From Squalus acanthias (lineage: Eukaryota): a stretch of 64,000 bases of DNA. The stretch is from assembly GCA_030390025.1 (NCBI GenBank), contig CM059432.1, forward strand, positions 54,190,001 to 54,254,000, in the 5' to 3' direction. The position numbers and the translations under genes were made by a program. Positions 36,233 to 46,641 of this stretch are shown here, piece after piece; positions within the stretch are counted from its first letter, which is position 1, and every line of letters starts with the position of its first letter. The notes below the pieces were generated by a model. It was not told the origin of the DNA. It was given only the letters and a program-made list of their open reading frames with translations, and did no database searches.

Positions 36233-37019
36233 ATTATGACTGCCTATTAAACTTGGTCTCTTGGTGGCACAAGTCAACTATTGTGCCACTGCATCACTTT
36301 AGCAATTCAATTCACTGTGCAGGCAAAACACAGTGATGCTCTGTAACATCAGTCAGTGAGCAGTGGGATAATACGGTAAAAGCAGTAGGATATCCTTGAT
36401 TAAACTCAATCCAATGCCTAGCTAATTAGGATAATGTATGGGGCATAGCATGGTTCCTGAACTAAAGCAACAATAAATTTTATCAGGATACACGACGCAG
36501 CATTCTCTGTGCAGTAAGCTTGATCTATATCAGCTTATATTTCTTATTTTTAGTTTAATTTTCTTGCAACTATTATTTATTTCATAAACTCTACAGTTGG
36601 TCAGAACTTTAGCTGTACGCTCTGGTGTTACAGCAATTTTGAACCTACGGGCTTAGAAATTTGGGAGCACCCATTTTTGGGCACTCGCCCATGCAGGGTA
36701 TTTACCACAAATAGGAGGGTAAAAGGAGCCCCTGCTACTGGGCCTGGGACCTTATTCTGAGATCAACGGCGCTGTGGGAGGAAGCCAGACAGGTAAGTGA
36801 GAGAAGTTCAGACCGTTGCTAGTGCCACAGTGGCCCACAGGTTAGCGATCGGTGGCCGGAGAGGTATCGGTAGTCTGAGGTGTGAGGCATGGTGGTTGGA
36901 GCTTGGGAGAGGGAGGTGGCAGATCGGGGAGCCTGAGTTGGGTACGGGGTGAGGGGTTGAAGTCGGGAAGGCTGGAGGTCGGGGTGGCAGGGGGAAGGGT
37001 GCAGGGTAGGGTGGTCGGT

Positions 37020-37740
37020 GGTCAGGGCCAGAGCCTGAAGGTCAGGGATCTCGGGGAGGGGGAGATTGGAGGTTGGGGCCAGGGCCTGAAGGTCAAGGAT
37101 CTCGGGGAGGGGGAGATTGGAGGTTGGGGCTAGGGCCTGAAGGTCAGGGATCTCGGGGAGAGGGAGATTGGAGGTTGGGGCCAGGGCCTGAAGGCCAGGG
37201 ATCTCGGGGAGGGGGAGATTGGAGGTTGGGTCCAGGGCCTGGGGGGTCAGGGATCTCGGGGAGAGGGAGATTGGAGGTTGGGGCCAGGGCCTGAAGGCCA
37301 GGGATCTCGGGGAGGGGGAGATTGGAGGTTGGGGCCAGGGTCTGGGGGTCGGGGATCTCGGGGAGGGTGAGATTGGAGGTTGGGGCCAGGGTCTGGGGGT
37401 CGGGGATCTCAGGGAGGGTGAGATTGGAGGTTGGGGCCAGGGTCTGGGGGTCGGGGATCTCGGGGAGGGTGAGATTGGAGGTTGGGGCTAGGGCCTGGGG
37501 GGGTCAGGGATCTCGGGGAGAGGGAGATTGGAGGTTGGGTCCAGGGTCTGGGGGTCGGGGATCTCGGGGAGAGGGAGATTGGAGGTTGGGTCCAGGGTCG
37601 GGGGGTCGGGGATCTCGGGGAGAGGGAGATTGGAGGTTGGGGCCAGGGTCTGGGGGGTCGGGGATCTCGGGGAGGGGGAGATTGGAGGTTGGGGCCAGGG
37701 TCTGAAGGCCAGGGATCTCGGGGAGGGTGAGATTGGGAGT
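37020..37740. repeat. G-rich minisatellite, ~51-bp unit, ~14 copies
   Basis: GGGATCTCGGGGAGGGGGAGATTGGAGGTTGGGGCCAGGGCCTGAAGGTCA and variants. Confidence 0.95.
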
Positions 37741-38107
37741 CGGGTCTAGAACCTGGCAGATATCGGAGAGGGTGATTTACAGTTAAGTTACTTACTTTTG
37801 TTGTGCAGGTTATCTTTGGGGTAGGTTTCCCTGAGTACATCCAGTGCTGGCTGCCTCGTGGCAAACCAGTGTTGCAGCGGGGACCTCAAGCAGGCGTTGG
37901 GCTCCTTATTTGCATATGCAGATAAAGAGGAAATAAAGGGAGTAAAATTCAGCTATGTGGAGGGTGCAGAATGGGCAGTAATGGATTGGCTGCCCATTAA
38001 GCAACCTGTCTGATTTTCCTTACCATTGGTTAATCAATTTCCACCAGTTTTACACCCCCACCGAAGATGAATTTCACCCCATAGTGCTTTTGAAGCATAG
38101 CACACAT

Positions 38108-38715
38108 AGGGATATAAATTGTTATGCATTGTTCTCGGTTTTCATATATAAAACAGGCGTGTATCATACCAATTTAGCAGTGGGATGGCCTACGCCCAAT
38201 CGGCACAGCCGTTGATCCCAGTGCCAAATTCATGGGGCCCATTTTTTAGGCATCCGCCCGGCGTTTGCTCTTTGAATATGTAAATATGGGGCCTAACCCC
38301 TGTTAAAGGACGCCTTTGCAAAAGTAGTAGCTGATAAGCAGGCCAAGTGTCAGGCCTGCCCCACTCAGGATTCTTCAATGGCCTCCATAGGTAAGTATTT
38401 TCATGTTTTTTTCTTAAAATACCTTCCGATGGAGACAGGAGGAGCAGTAGTGCTCCCTGACTGCACAGGAGTTGTGATCACCCTTCTCCAATAGCCTGCA
38501 CAAACCCCCTTCCTGAGACTTACCAGCAGCTGCTGCCAGCGAGCCAGGCAGCCCGAAACTTACTTCTCCTGTTGGGCAAGCTGCCTGTGCAGGCACGACC
38601 AGCGCCAGCAGCTCATCCCAATTATTCAGATGAGGCTCTTGGCCCAATTTCAGGCAGGTCATGGGCCTCTGTTTGGGCATCTGCCTTGAAACGGGCCCAG
38701 ACTAATTTCTACCCC
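38108..38715. mobile_element. Degenerate MITE-like element
   Basis: GGGATATAAATT / AATTTCTACCCC termini; GC-rich interior. Confidence 0.5.
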
Positions 38716-39593
38716 GTGTAGTTTAATAATCAGACAAGCAACACAAAGGTTTTCTTCTTTTGTTTTGTTGAGAGTTTGAATATCATGGAAGTGACAGGTC
38801 AATTAAAATTTGGACAGCAGATCAGTAATTGCACCACAGCATGAATGAAACATTTTCTGACGTGCAGTGCTATGTGGTGATGATGCCCTTGGAGTAATGC
38901 TTTGTTGGTATAGTCACTGCGTTATGACACCATTTTAAGACAGAAACATAGATTGGGGCAAAAGAGCTGTCATTCCCCAAAGCATTAAGAATATGAAATT
39001 CCACTGAGTGATCATTACTCCAATCAATTCTACTGTATTTCAACAAATGGCAAATGTAAATATTCTAATGTACATGGATGATTTATGTGTCCAACACCAG
39101 AGCTATCACTGGGGAATATTGGCCTAGAAATTGGAGGTGTTAGTGCTGGCCGTTAAGGCCTGATTTGGAAAAAAAGATGGCCGTCTCACTTCCGCCTGCT
39201 GCCAGCGGGTCCCGCAGCGGCCACCATTTTCAGCTGTGTGGCAGTGCTGCCGATCTCTGTGCTCCCTAGGGATATGTAGGTTATGCAGATCGTGACGTCA
39301 ATGAGTGTGCAACGCCCACTTGACACCCGATCTGCCATTTTGGAGTGCACCACTCAATTTACCGGCCTGTGTTAATTATGATCAGCTGACCAAGTGTTCA
39401 GCAGCAGGAAGGAGCCTCCAGCAGTGTTATTTAAAGGCATCATCAGCAACAACTTGCAGCTGACATGTTTGTTCAGTTTGTCTGGCTCTGTGGAACTTTC
39501 TGCAACTCTAGCAGCTTTATTAACTTCTTACAAGTTCCTAAGTTGACAGGGAGTGTTGGTGCAAGTGGAGAATGCCTTCATTATTATTTCAAT

Positions 39594-39905
39594 GATGCGG
39601 AGATGCCGGTGTTGGACTGGGGTGGACAAATGTGAGAAGTCGCACAACACCAGGTTATAGTCCAACAGCTTTATTTGAAATCACAAGCTTTCGAGCGCTG
39701 CTCCTTCGTCAGGTGAAGTGAAGAGATGCATATAGGCACAGCATATATAGTCAGAGAACACTGCCAGAAAACATTACATCAAAGACAATGAGGTGAGGTC
39801 ACAAGGGGTCAAATGTGGCAGATGCTGGGGTCTGTATGGAAAACAAAAAACTTTTTTTGCTGGAAATCACAGCAGGTCCGGCCGCATCTGTGTAGAGAGA
39901 ACAAG
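39594..39905 (-). mobile_element. Penelope-like element terminal (pseudo-LTR) fragments
   Basis: Minimal hammerhead followed by AATAAA on the minus strand. 39810-39900 resembles the end of the 45477-46641 element (GCTGGAAA..CAGCAGG....GCATC.GT..AGAGAGA). Confidence 0.6.
39681..39716 (-). ncRNA. Minimal type I hammerhead ribozyme motif
   Basis: Minus strand: TCAC CTGACGA AG GAGC AGC GCTC GAAAGCTT GTGA, giving the core CUGANGA/GAAA, stem I TCAC/GTGA, stem II GAGC/GCTC and palindromic stem III AAGCTT. Confidence 0.65.
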
Positions 39906-40669
39906 CCAACACCATGGAAAATGGTCCGACCCAATTTCAGGTAGAACATTTTTAAGGTGTCCTTCCGGTGCAGGACTTAGTTCCTCTAGATTGGGCCTTG
40001 TTGCGTTCATTTTACAGCTGTAAAATGGGCACAATGTGTTCCAATTTCTGCACCAATTTGTCCCTATTTCCTTTATCACCACTCTCTAAATCCCTTAACA
40101 GAAGCCTTCCTTTCCTGATTGTATCCAGATATTGTTGACACTGTTGTGTTGGATCCTCCGTTTTTACTGAAGCACAAGAAGATATTCAACCTCCTGTCAG
40201 GAAAGTTTCTTGCATTGTAAGTGGTATTCCAGAGCCTTGAGCACCATCACAATCTGTCCGGTTTACACAGAAACTTTATTGTAAGCTGGGTGATAATGTT
40301 CAGAAGTGATTCACAGAGCTGTCCAGTAGTTTCTGATAATCTATACCATTTAAAAGACACCAATCTCACACATACCTGCAGACAGATTTTTGTTTTTTGC
40401 ATTCCACCCCCACATTGACTTTTAAAGTGGTAGCCAGTGCTGACAAACTGTCCAGTAGAAAGGTTAATGGGACTATCCTCTGCTGACTGGCTTCTGGTGA
40501 CTCAACCTCCACTCTCCTGTTACCTGAATTCTCCCACCACACCTCGTCCACCAACCATTGGCTAAATTTTGCAGTCATTGGCACCAACCCCTTCCTCCAG
40601 CCCCCCGCCACACAGAGAGGATTTCCTAGGAGAGATGCAGTCTACTGAATAGCACCCCTTCATGTGTGC

Positions 40670-40858
40670 TTCCTTTCCCCCTCTCCCATTTACCCTCCTT
40701 GCGGTGCTTATGCTTCTCTCCCCATCTTCTCCCTCCTCTTTTTCCTTTTTATTTCTCTTCTCCTTTATTCCTCTCCCTCCTCCTTTTCCTCCTCTCTTCC
40801 TCCTCCTTCTCCTTCTCCCCATACCCCTTCTCCATCCTTCCCTTCCTCTTTCTTGTCT
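40670..40858. repeat. Polypyrimidine (CT-rich) low-complexity tract
   Basis: About 190 bp made up almost entirely of C and T on the plus strand. Confidence 0.85.
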
Positions 40859-43501
40859 TGGACCAATTTTCCACGCCCTCTAACACTGCTTACTTGAATA
40901 CTATCCTTGGTCTTGACCCTTCATCTACAACATCATGAGAGCTTGAATAGTATAAATGAAAAATAGTGACTGTCCACTGTCCATCCTTGTTTATCTGTCT
41001 TTGTCCACTCTAAACATCTGCTTGCTTATGCAAACCATACATGTCAGCTATAATTGGCCTCGGTGTTGTCAATCTGGTGATTAGCAGGGTCCAATCAATA
41101 ACATGACAGCTGCCATCTTTCTCTGTGCTCTCGGCTTTGTGGAGTACAGTGCTGCTTCTAAGGTTTTGCTTGGCCCTCTGTTCTGCCTTGTTCAGTGTTC
41201 AGCCTTGTTCCTGGATATTCCTGGGCCTGTCCTGCTCCTCCAATCCTACAGGTCCCAATTTCATTGCATTCAGGCTGAGCCTTCCCACTTTGTGAAGCCC
41301 AATAGGGGACTCTGCCCTCAGCCTCACCCCTTGCTCACAGCCTAGCACATCTCCACACTCCAATCAGTGGGAGCCTGTGTGTGAAATCAGCTCCAAAAGA
41401 TATTGCACCCAAGCTTACAGCCTGTGGTCATGTCTGTGCTTGGATAAATCTGCAGCCATGCAGAGAAGGAAATGTTTAGAAGGAAAATGTTTCTTTTTAA
41501 AAAGGTGCACTTACTTTTCAACTAAGGTTTAGACAGATGCATGTGCAGAACAAGATCACTTTCTCACAGTATATTACAAAGGAGACAACAAGATCAGTAG
41601 ATTGAGGACCTGATCTAACCTAATGTTTCATCCACCTACAGATTTTATTTAGCTCCTTTGTAGTTCCTTGGTTTCTTCATTAGACTTGACCGGTTCAGTA
41701 TCTTTTGCGAATTTAACCAGTTTAATTTGATGTAAATTAGAAACAGAAGGGATCCCAGCACTAATCCCTGGGGTACCCCAATAAAAACTGATCCAATTCA
41801 GATTCAGAATCTACCAGTTTCTGATTCCTCAATTCTTTGAATATTAAACCCCCTTTAAAAAATGTTAACTGTAAACTGTTTTTTCGGAATGTTATTGTTG
41901 TGCAGGAAGCTTTCCATTGTGAGTGAAATTGATTACGAGGTTTTACAGGTTTATTTCAATAATATTAGCGGCTTCATTTCAAAGCGGTTGGCTTTAGGAT
42001 TGTAATTACTCTGCAGTACTGTTTTGTCAGTAATATCGCTTTCCTTTGAAATTTTGTGACAGCATAAAGCCTGTATCAAGGAAGAATGCACAACACAACA
42101 GTTTATGTGAATTAACTGTCTAAATGTAACAGTACTTTTATTAAATTAATACAGGAAAGACCACAGCTGTCAAGACCTCACACTAACATATGCCATATGC
42201 ATATAACATTTTCATTATTCAGTCACTGAGGCCATCACTCATCTGGAGAAATGCAGTGATTGCAAGGCAAGTGTTTTGTAGGAAATATGTTCCTGTGTTT
42301 AAAAAAAGTGGCAATCTGGTTACCAGGTGCATGACAACAGCAAAATTCTGTCAAGTCAATGTCAATTAAGTATAAGTCTTAAATTGCTAACTTTCAAAAC
42401 CTATTTTAACAAATTGTGAAGATAGTAGTAACTTACAAATTGGTCAATGAACCTTAATCATTGGTGAAGGTGCCTGGTGAAAGGATTAGTGTAATGTCAA
42501 GCCCAGCACTGTGAAACAGTACACTGTGATTCTAATTATTCCTTTTCACTGCCACTTGGTAAGATGTAATGCCTATCAATGTTCAAGTGATTCACAATAT
42601 GTGTACTTTAATATAATTTACTTCTTGGGGTGTAGCATTTATACTGCAATGTAGAAAGAAAGATAAGCCTACTTGCCATGGCAACTGGAACTCGAGGGAG
42701 CAACCTCATATACCCAACAAGGGACCATGTGGGAATACAAGAACAAAGCAAAATGTTATCCTGAAAATATGTTAGCTGGTTAATTGATTTGGAAATGAAT
42801 AATATAACAGCATGATTGCCCAAACATGTCACTTTGCGAACATAGCAGAGTTTCACATTGAATCCACTATAATCCTCCAATAACAAAAATGAATTTGAAG
42901 TTAACATTAAAATTTAATAATAAAGCCCCTTTAAATATTTAACATCAACTCAAAGGTCTCAGCTTTCTTCACCCAGCATGATGTTCTGTCTCCACTGTTC
43001 TTGCGCAAATTAGTGTTCATTAAAAAAAAACTCCACCTGGTTGTACTGCTGCAATGCCATCTCCACACAATCACATTAATCACCCCATTCAGTATAAATA
43101 GCCAAAGAATTTGACTGAGTACTATATTTTGATCATACACAAAAACATGTTTTTTAATTCTTTCGTATGCTGACTAACACATTTATTCCAATATTTCAAT
43201 TTTTTCTTTGGATCTCCTGATTGAGTATTTATGGGCAATTAATTTACACATTGTGAAGTTCTGTGTGTGTGTTTTACGCAAGCTGAAACATCCTCCAACA
43301 ATTCATCAAAAATATGCAAAAGTTTTATAAATAACTGTAATAGCCTCTGTCGTCTGGCAATTGTAGGGTTAACGATATCATGGGAGCTGGAAATTGGATT
43401 GATAATAAAATTAAAATTATCATAAAAGTCAGCAAGACAAAAGGACAAAGAGCTCAATTATTTTAGATACACAATTTATGTGAATGTTGGGGCCACCTTA
43501 G

Positions 43502-43815
43502 AACATAGTATTACATAGTATTTACAGCACAGAAACAGGCTGTTCACCCCATCAGGTCCATGCCGGTGTTTATGCTCCACACGAGTTTTCTCCCATTCTT
43601 CTTCATCAAACCCCATCAACATATCCTTCTATTTCTTCCTCCCTCGTGTGTTTATCTAGCTTCCCCTTAAATGCATCTATGCTGGTCGCCTCAACCACTC
43701 CCTGTGGTAGCGAGATCGACATTCTCACCACTCTCTGGGTAAAGAAGCTTCTCCTGAATTCCCTACTGGATTTATCAGTGGCTATCTTATACTGATGGAC
43801 CCTAGTTCTGGTAAC
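43502..43815 (-). mobile_element. CR1 3' fragment
   Basis: Homologous to 940-1240, with a (ACATAGTATT)n tail. Confidence 0.85.
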
Positions 43816-45476
43816 CCCCTGTGTAAAACTAAAGTGACGTCAGCACAAGGGAAGGCGCTGATTGGTGAGTAGCTGGTGATTTTTTTTTAAGTCTTCAGTT
43901 TATTTCTGTTAAGTTAGTTAACAGTCTATTAAATAGAGGCACGTCAGGGCACCTCAGTCCCGTGGAATGCACATCTTGTGCCATGTGGGAACTCCAGGAT
44001 GCTTCCCATGTCCTGGAGTTCCCACATGTGCAGGAAGTGTGATCAGCTGGAGTAACTCGAGCTCGGGGTTTCAGAGCTTGAGCAGCAGTTGGCGTCACTG
44101 CGGTGCATCCGTGAGGCTGAGAGCACATTTCAGGAGGTGGTCACCCTGCAGCTTAAGAGTGTGCAGGTAGAGAGGGAATGGGTGACTGCCAGACAGAAGA
44201 GGAGGACCAGGCAGATAGTGCAGGAGTCCCCGGAGTGTATCTCACTCTCTAACCAGTATTCAGTTCTAAATACTGGTGAGGACGATGGTTCCTCTGGGGA
44301 GTACAGCCTAAGCCAAGTCCATGGCACCACGGGTGGCTCAGCTGTACGGGGGTGGGGGGGGGGAGGAGGAAGATCGAGGAAGCAATAGTGATAGGGGATT
44401 CAATAGTAAGGGGAACAGATATGCTTTTCTGTGACCACAGACGTGATTCCAGGATGGTATGTTGCCTCCCTGGTGCCAGGGTCAAGGTTGTAACTGAGTG
44501 GCTGCAGAACATTCTGAGGGGGAGGGTGAACAGCCAGAGGTCGTGGTCCATATCAGTATCAACGACATAGGTAGAAAGAGGGATGAGGTTCTGCAGGCAG
44601 ATTTTAGGGAGCAGGGAAAGAGATTAATAAGCCAGACCTCAAAGGTAGTAATCTCCGGATTGCTCCTGATGCCACGAGCTGGTGAGTATAGAAATAGTAG
44701 GATAGAGCAGATGAATGTGTGGCTAGAGAGATGGTGCAGGACGGAGGGCTTTAGATTCCTGGGGCATTGGGACCAGTTCTGGGGGAGGTAGGACCTGTAC
44801 AAGCCAGACAGGTTGCACCTCAACAGAGCCGGGACCAATATCCTTGCAGTGGGGGGGTTTGCTAGTGCTGTTGGGGAGGGTTTAAGTTAATTTGGCTGGG
44901 GGATGGGCACTAGGATGTAGCATTAGAAGGGAGAAACAAGTTGCACAAAGGATTGGGAGAGACAGATAGCACTAGAGTAAGAAATACTACAGTATTAGGT
45001 GGGGTCAGACTAAGAGAGAATGCAAGAAGGTCTAAGATAGGTTTACAGTGCATGTGTGTAAACGCACAAAATGTGGTAAAGAAGGTTGGTGAGCTGCAGG
45101 CGCAAATAGCCACAGGGGAATATGATGTCATGGTGATAACGGAGACCTGGCTCAAAAAAGGGCTGGATTGGGTACTAAATATCCCTGGATATAAGGTGTT
45201 CAGGAAAGATAGGGAAGGAAAGAAAGGAGGTGGGGTGGCTGTATTGATTAAGGAGAATATTACAGTATTGATATTAGAGAAATACAATGTTAGAGAAAGG
45301 ATGTCCAGGAGGGTTCATGGACAGAATTTATTTCGTTAGAGTTAAGAAACTCTAGTAGGTGTACTGAATAGGCCAACAACTAGTGGGAAGGATATAGAGG
45401 AGTAAATTTGCAGGGATATTACAGAGAGGTGCAAGAACTATAGAGTAGTCATAATGGGGAACTTCAATTATCCTAA

Positions 45477-46641
45477 ATAACAACAGAAAATGCTGGAAAA
45501 ACTCAGCAGGCCAGGCAGCATCCGTGGAGAGAGAAACAGAGTTAACGTTTCAGGTCGAAGACCTTTCGTCAGAACTGGAAATAGCAGGAAATGAAATAGA
45601 TTTAAGGCAAGGATAAAGCTGGGAAAAGGGGGAGGGGATGAAAGAACAAAAGGAGAGATTAAGAGACATTGAGAGACATTAAGAGATGATCAAGGCAAGA
45701 GGTGGTGTTAATGTGACAGGTTGAGGCTAAAAGAAGTGTGAAATGCACTGGCAGAATGAAGGACAGCTGCCAGCTTCTGGGAGGGGAAAAAAAAGGGGAG
45801 GGGGGGGGCCAAACAAAAGGGTGGATGAAAAAATAAAATATAAATGTGATAGGGGCTGAGGTTATGATCTAAAATTGCTGAACTCGATATTGAGTCCACA
45901 GGGCTGTAGCGTGCCTAAACAATCTGCGTTTGGTCTCCCCAATGTAGAGGAGACCACATCATGAGCAGCGAATACAGTATACTAAATTGCAGGAAGTTGG
46001 GTGACCGCTTTGCGGAACACCTCCGTTCAGTCCGTAAGGGGGACCCCGAGCTCCCGGTGGCCTGTCACTTTAATTCTCCGCTCCACTCCCACTCTGACCT
46101 CACCGTCCTCGGCCTATTACACTGTTCCACGGAAGCGCAGCGTAAGCTCGAGGAACAGCACCTCATCTTTCGTTTAGGCACGCTACAGCCCTGTGGACTC
46201 AATATCGAGTTCAACAATTTTAGATCATAACCTCAGCCCCTATCACATTTATATTTTATTTTTTCATCCACCCTTTTGTTTGCCCCCCCCCCTCCCCTTT
46301 TTTTTCCCTCCTAGAAGCTGGCAGCTGTCCTTCATTCTGCCAGTGCATTTCACACTTCTTTTAGCCTCAACCTGTCACATTAACACCACCTCTTGCCTAG
46401 ATCATCTCTTAATGTCTCTTAATCTCTCCTTTTGTTCTTTCATCCCCTCCCCCTTTTCCCAGCTTTATCCTTGCCTTAAATCTATTTCATTTCCTGCTAT
46501 TTCCAGTTCTGACGAAAGGTCTTCGACCTGAAACGTTAACTCTGTTTCTCTCTCCACGGATGCTGCCTGGCCTGCTGAGTTTTTCCAGCGTTTTCTGTTG
46601 TTATTTCGGATTTCCAGCATCCGCAGTATTTTGCTATCGTA
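45477..46641 (+). mobile_element. 5'-truncated Penelope-like retroelement with inverted terminal duplication; GIY-YIG endonuclease remnant
   Basis: ORF 45961-46230 reads RFAEHLRSV...PVACHFN..HS...RKLEEQHLIFRLGTLQPCGLN. An inverted VYCIRC..CGLLYIGETKR segment is at 45921-45988. Arms 45475-45920 and 46172-46606 are reverse complements. 14-bp TSD TTCAATTATCCTAA (45463-45476, 46642-46655). Confidence 0.92.
46505..46541 (+). ncRNA. Minimal hammerhead ribozyme motif (mirror copy on the minus strand at 45540-45576)
   Basis: AGTT CTGACGA A AGGTC TTC GACCT GAAACGTT AACT: core boxes, stem I AGTT/AACT, stem II AGGTC/GACCT, palindromic AACGTT stem III. Confidence 0.75.

Noticed and set aside
36882..37864. 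Gly-rich or collagen-like protein ORFs
   Set aside because: By-products of a 51-bp minisatellite that is open in several frames on both strands.
40140..40660. Possible highly decayed Harbinger transposase on the minus strand
   Set aside because: Only faint resemblance by eye; it cannot be supported without a profile search.
40562..40938. Hydrophobic or Lys/Arg-rich ORFs
   Set aside because: Translations of a CT-rich low-complexity tract.
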